This document shows, in pieces, positions 60,090-64,000 of a stretch of 64,000 bases of DNA (within the stretch, counting starts at the first letter, position 1; each line of letters opens with the position of its first letter). The stretch comes from Podarcis tiliguerta (Eukaryota), in assembly GCA_965153285.1 (NCBI GenBank), contig OZ229123.1. One strand, 5' to 3'. The notes under the pieces were generated by a model, which was given only the letters and a program-made list of their open reading frames with translations, had not been told where the DNA came from and did not search any database. The position numbers were made by a program, and so were the translations under genes.

Positions 60090-60690
60090 TCACTGCAGTG
60101 TGTTACACATGGGGCTTCCTCTGAAGACGGTTCAGAGACCTCAGATAGCGCAGAATTCAGCAGCTAGGTAGCTCACTGGGGCAAGACAGACTGAGCATAG
60201 AACTACAACCCTGGCCCAACTGCATTGCCTGCCAATTAGTTTCTGAGCCCAGTGTTAGCTTGATCTATGAAGCCTTAAACAGCTCAGGACACAATATCTC
60301 AAGGACCACCTCCACCCATAAGCACCGACCCAGATCTTGTGATCATCATCATCTGAGGCTCTTCTTTGGGTGCCTCCGCCACAAGAGGCCTGGAGGGTGG
60401 CAACAGGAGAACAGGCCTTTTCTGCAGTGTCTCCCTGTTTGTGAAATGCTCTCCCCAGGGAGGCTTGCCTGGCACCTTCATTACATATATTTAGGCACCA
60501 GGCAAGAACATGCCTCTTCTCCCAGGCCTTTCGCTAATTAAACAATCTATGGCCTTTTAAATTTGGGGGGCAGGGAGTCATTCTTTTGTTTGTTATAATA
60601 ACATAATACTACGTTATGTACGTTCATGTTTATATACTGTAAATCCTATGATCCTGGGATGAAGGGCAGTATATAAATTTAATAATAAGT
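60090..60690 (+). mobile_element. L2 LINE 3' fragment
   Basis: Degenerate LAQLHCLPISF / IYEALNSSG motifs and a GAAGGGCAGTATATAAATTTAATAA tail. Confidence 0.65.
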
Positions 60691-60883
60691 GGAATATCCA
60701 TATGCAGCATCTGAAAATCAAATCCACACATCACGAGTGACCGGAGGAAGAACAAAAAGGAGCGATCAACCAAGATGGTGGTGGGGTTTTTTATCATGAA
60801 GAACACCTTCGAGAAAGTCTGATGCATTAAGAACTGCATAAATTGTTATTCTACCAGCTATCTCCAGGGAGGATATTCCATTA

Positions 60884-61114
60884 CAGTGGTACCTCAGTCT
60901 ACGAACAGTCCTGTTAACGATCTATTTGGGCAACGAACTCCGCAAAAACCAGAAGCAGGCGTTCCGGCTAGCGAACTTTGCCTCAGAAGATGAATGGTAG
61001 AAGGGCACCAGCAGCAGGAGGCCTCAGTAGGGAAAGAACGCCTCGGTTTAAGAACGCTTTGGCTTAAGAACGGACTTCCGTACCGAATTAAGTTTGTAGA
61101 CCAAGATACCACTG
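60884..61114. mobile_element. Tc1/mariner (Tigger/pogo-like) MITE
   Basis: TIR CAGTGGTACCTC...GATACCACTG, TA on both sides; related to 43729-43970. Confidence 0.8.
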
Positions 61115-61238
61115 TACTCACATAATATGCCTATACATCATTTTTCAGAGAGAGAGAGAAACTTATAAATCTACACAAAGCAAGGAAATCTGAATTTCAG
61201 GATGAAGATCCTGGCGTGACAATCCATCCTTAACTCAC

Positions 61239-61301
61239 CGCGTCGATATTGCAGGGGTCTCCAAACCGCAAACTGTATGCGCTCCATCTCGTCTGAAAAA
61301 T
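61239..61301 (-). CDS. MORF4L1: MORF4L1 cassette exon (FFRRDGAHTVCGLETPAIST), with a possible 54-nt form from the acceptor at 61292
   Basis: TAG or CAG acceptor, GTGAGT donor, 63 nt, phase 2/2 matching the flanking exons, no stop, CpG-rich. Confidence 0.7.
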
Positions 61302-62019
61302 CTAGGCACAATGGGGGTTGAGTTAAGGAGAGAGTGTCAGACCCGACACATGGAACCTTTAAGAGAATGCACTTCAGTTCAGCTGGAAAAGGCAAGACAG
61401 CTTTTAGAGGAAGTTACAGCCCCATTCAACAAGTGTCTGGAGGGTGGGAAGCCTACCGGGGCTGACATCTTCCTCCTACCTTGAACGCTATTTTGTCATA
61501 TCTGGGCTCTGTTATGTACACTATTCATCCATCCATCCATGGAAGCAACACAAGGCTGAGCCCAGGCTTACACAGATCATTGGTGTTATTTTCTCAGAGG
61601 ACACTCAGAGAAGCCAGCAGGCCCCCCTCCTGAGAAGAACAAGGCTAGTTTTCTTCGAAATCGATGCCAGCTACACATCTCGCCACCTGCTCACTTAAGA
61701 CTGCTCAACAGTAAGGGAAAGAGTGGGCTCAAAAACTCCTGCAATACTGTAGAAGCCATGACTGCCTAAAGAACACCTATTGGACCATTCAAAGCCCAGT
61801 CTCTTGGAAATGGTGGCAAGCTCGTTTCCCATCACAGTTCTTCATTGGAAAGCAGTTTCCTCAGCACTAAAGTTACATTTTCCAAAGCAACATTCCACAT
61901 GTACCAACAGTACAGTTTTAAGCTTTGGAAATATGCTTGCTAAGATCTTCAAGGCCAAAAGATTATGAGGGAAAGCCTTTAAAAGAAAAAAGAATAAAAC
62001 AGACAAAATAGTTTCTTAC

Positions 62020-62100
62020 ACTTCAACATTTTTCTGCTGGAGTCCGGACGTTTTTTTCCCTGGTGCGGCCCCTCTCATCTTTCCTTCTGCATACTGTTCC
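62020..62100 (-). CDS. MORF4L1: MORF4L1 exon (EQYAEGKMRGAAPGKKTSGLQQKNVE)
   Basis: AG acceptor, GTAAG donor, 81 nt. Confidence 0.96.
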
Positions 62101-62901
62101 CTTTGAAAAAAGAGTCATCAAAACAGGACTTAATTAGAGGCATCTCTATGCCTCTATAGCGCAGAAGTATCTCTGCAACAGAAGCCCTGCCTGTCTTGCT
62201 ATTCTTAACTGCCAGTGCAACCAGTTAAAATTTAACATTGGGAATGTCCCTAAGTATTGCACTGAAACTGTGGCATCCTGGTCTGTTCCTCTTGCCCTGA
62301 CAGTGCCCATGCTGCAATTTTTTCCAACAGTGTTATATGTTTATATATACCCACACAGAATGTGAGCTCCATCCAGTACGTAGTTCAGGACAACACAGAA
62401 GGCATTTCATAGTGTATGTTTAAAGCAATTTGGGGGTAAGTAGATTATAGCTCCAAAGAGTTCTCCTGCTTGAGCAATGAGAGAGAAGGGCACCTTCACC
62501 CATACTAGGTGAAGTGAGTTCTACAAAATTCACACACACATAAAATCCATGTAATACTTATTCAGGCTGCAGGGGAGAGACTGTGCTGAACCCTCAAGGG
62601 GCTGTCTTTCCCATTTGTCCTGCCCTCCGCACCCCAGCCTGCAAGGAGAAGCAGCTCCCCAATAATTTACTGCTGCTCTCTCTGCTACCTTTGGGGGCAC
62701 ACCCCTTTCCCTTTTGGCAGAAGCAATAATGTATTCATCTTTTAAAAATGTTTGCTGTTTTAAGTTTGAGTTACACTGCTAGGGCCAAAGGTTCCCCACA
62801 CCTTTCTTACACAAGAATACAGAGACCCATGTAAAAAAAAACCCCAACCACTTATTATACACTGGACTGGCTTAGTTCCTCCATTACTAGGTAATACTCA
62901 C

Positions 62902-62988
62902 TGATTGGCCTTTTGAAGTTCTTTCTGCTTTTGCAGATTGGTGTCCACGTATTTGAGCACTCTGCTTTCTGGAACCCATTCATCCCAG
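62902..62988 (-). CDS. MORF4L1: MORF4L1 exon (WDEWVPESRVLKYVDTNLQKQKELQKAN), chromodomain C-terminal part; upstream exons are outside the window
   Basis: CAG acceptor, GTGAGT donor, 87 nt; near-identical to MRG15. Confidence 0.96.
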
Positions 62989-63415
62989 CTGCAAGGGAAG
63001 GGAAGAGTTTTCAGGGGCTACATAACAAGAAGCCCACTGCCTAGCTGTTAATTCCGTGGCTTCACAGTAAACCAATGAACTTTATTCATTTATTTAAAAA
63101 AATATTTATAGACAGCTATTTATAAAAACTTTGCTTTTCCGACTTGCAGCCCTGCCTAACACAGGGTTACAGGCGCAAGCGTGTGGATTTCTCCTAAGTT
63201 TCGGAATCCAGGTATTCAATCAATTCCTGTAGAAAAAAGAATCATTGTTCTAGATGCTGTTGTTTTCATTAAGAAGACTTTAAAGTTAGCTGAAAACTAC
63301 ATTCCTGGAGAAAGTTTGGGAACGCTTTCTGATAGGGCGACAGGATTATGACCTCATGCTTTACCATCCCCAGCTATGACTGATCAATTTGCAGCTTATT
63401 CTGTGGGGTTTTCTT

Positions 63416-63465
<50 letters not shown>
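63416..63465. repeat. (CT)n(CA)n microsatellite
   Basis: Read directly. Confidence 0.9.
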
Positions 63466-63476
<11 letters not shown>

Positions 63477-64000
63477 CGCTCTGTTGCCACTGATCAGGAC
63501 ACCGAAACCTGCCAGGACTTCCACTGTGACTCTCCTGCCCAATCCGCTGTCACTTATTGCAGGCCACAGAAACCTTGCTTTGGCACAGCAGACCTTTTGA
63601 GACAGGCACAGGCTTTACTCTAGTGGGAGCTTAGAGAGGGAGGACACGTAAGTTATTCCCTTTCCCCACAACAACCTTGGCAGTGTGTGTGGAATGGCTG
63701 AGAATAGATAGCAGCCTTCAGGGAGGACTGTTAGATTGGAGTAAAAAGAGAGGGTGTAGTCGGATGCCTTGATTGTGGCCCACACTGCTAGGAGAGAGCC
63801 ACATGGGAGGAAAGCAAGAGGGTGCCCTGTAATCTGTGGGCAGATCAAGGCTCCTTTTTTGTATCAGCTTAAACCTGGCAGAGAGGGGAGCAGCCTTCAA
63901 CTTAGGAAATTTCAGTTAATATTAATAACTAGTTAAACTTGGGGCACTGATTGAATTTAGACAGTGGTTTCTTTTTATTCCTTTTTCTGCTTTCTGGTAA

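Noticed and set aside
63554-63593. Segment reading KSAVPKQGFCGLQ*, resembling the KSAVRP start of the mammalian MRG15 long-isoform insert
   Set aside because: Match is only about 4 residues, the acceptor has a poor pyrimidine tract and there is an early stop; likely chance.
1-64000. CRISPR arrays, operons or other prokaryotic systems
   Set aside because: The sequence is spliced vertebrate DNA; recurring motifs are dispersed SINE/MITE copies, not repeat-spacer arrays.

Overview
Vertebrate genomic DNA from a squamate, most likely a lacertid lizard (inferred from young Sauria SINEs and the repeat content). Two minus-strand, multi-exon genes lie in tandem. (1) UACA (ankyrin repeats plus long coiled coil): a CpG-island first exon at 40.4 kb, an alternative first exon at 24.4 kb, and exons 2-16 down to the 2.7-kb coiled-coil exon at 1170-3896; its last exons lie left of the window. 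(2) MORF4L1/MRG15: nine exons from the chromodomain end (62988) to the stop (50887) and polyA signal (about 50150), plus an in-frame 63-nt cassette exon; its first exons lie right of the window. Introns carry Sauria SINEs, Squam3-like SINEs, CR1, L2 and L1 fragments, MITEs and a solo LTR. Most unusual: two independent L1 insertions, in opposite orientations, sit at the same nucleotide of two diverged CR1 copies, each with a ~16-bp TSD and a twin-priming junction, and one captured an inverted 5S rRNA fragment. Also notable: inverted Sauria SINEs bracketing UACA exons 4-13, a candidate third UACA first exon at 47.3 kb, and a ~63-aa segmental repeat in the UACA coiled coil. Exon coordinates were read by hand from splice sites and frame continuity. 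Repeat boundaries are approximate unless a TSD is given. Comparisons to human or bird proteins are from memory.
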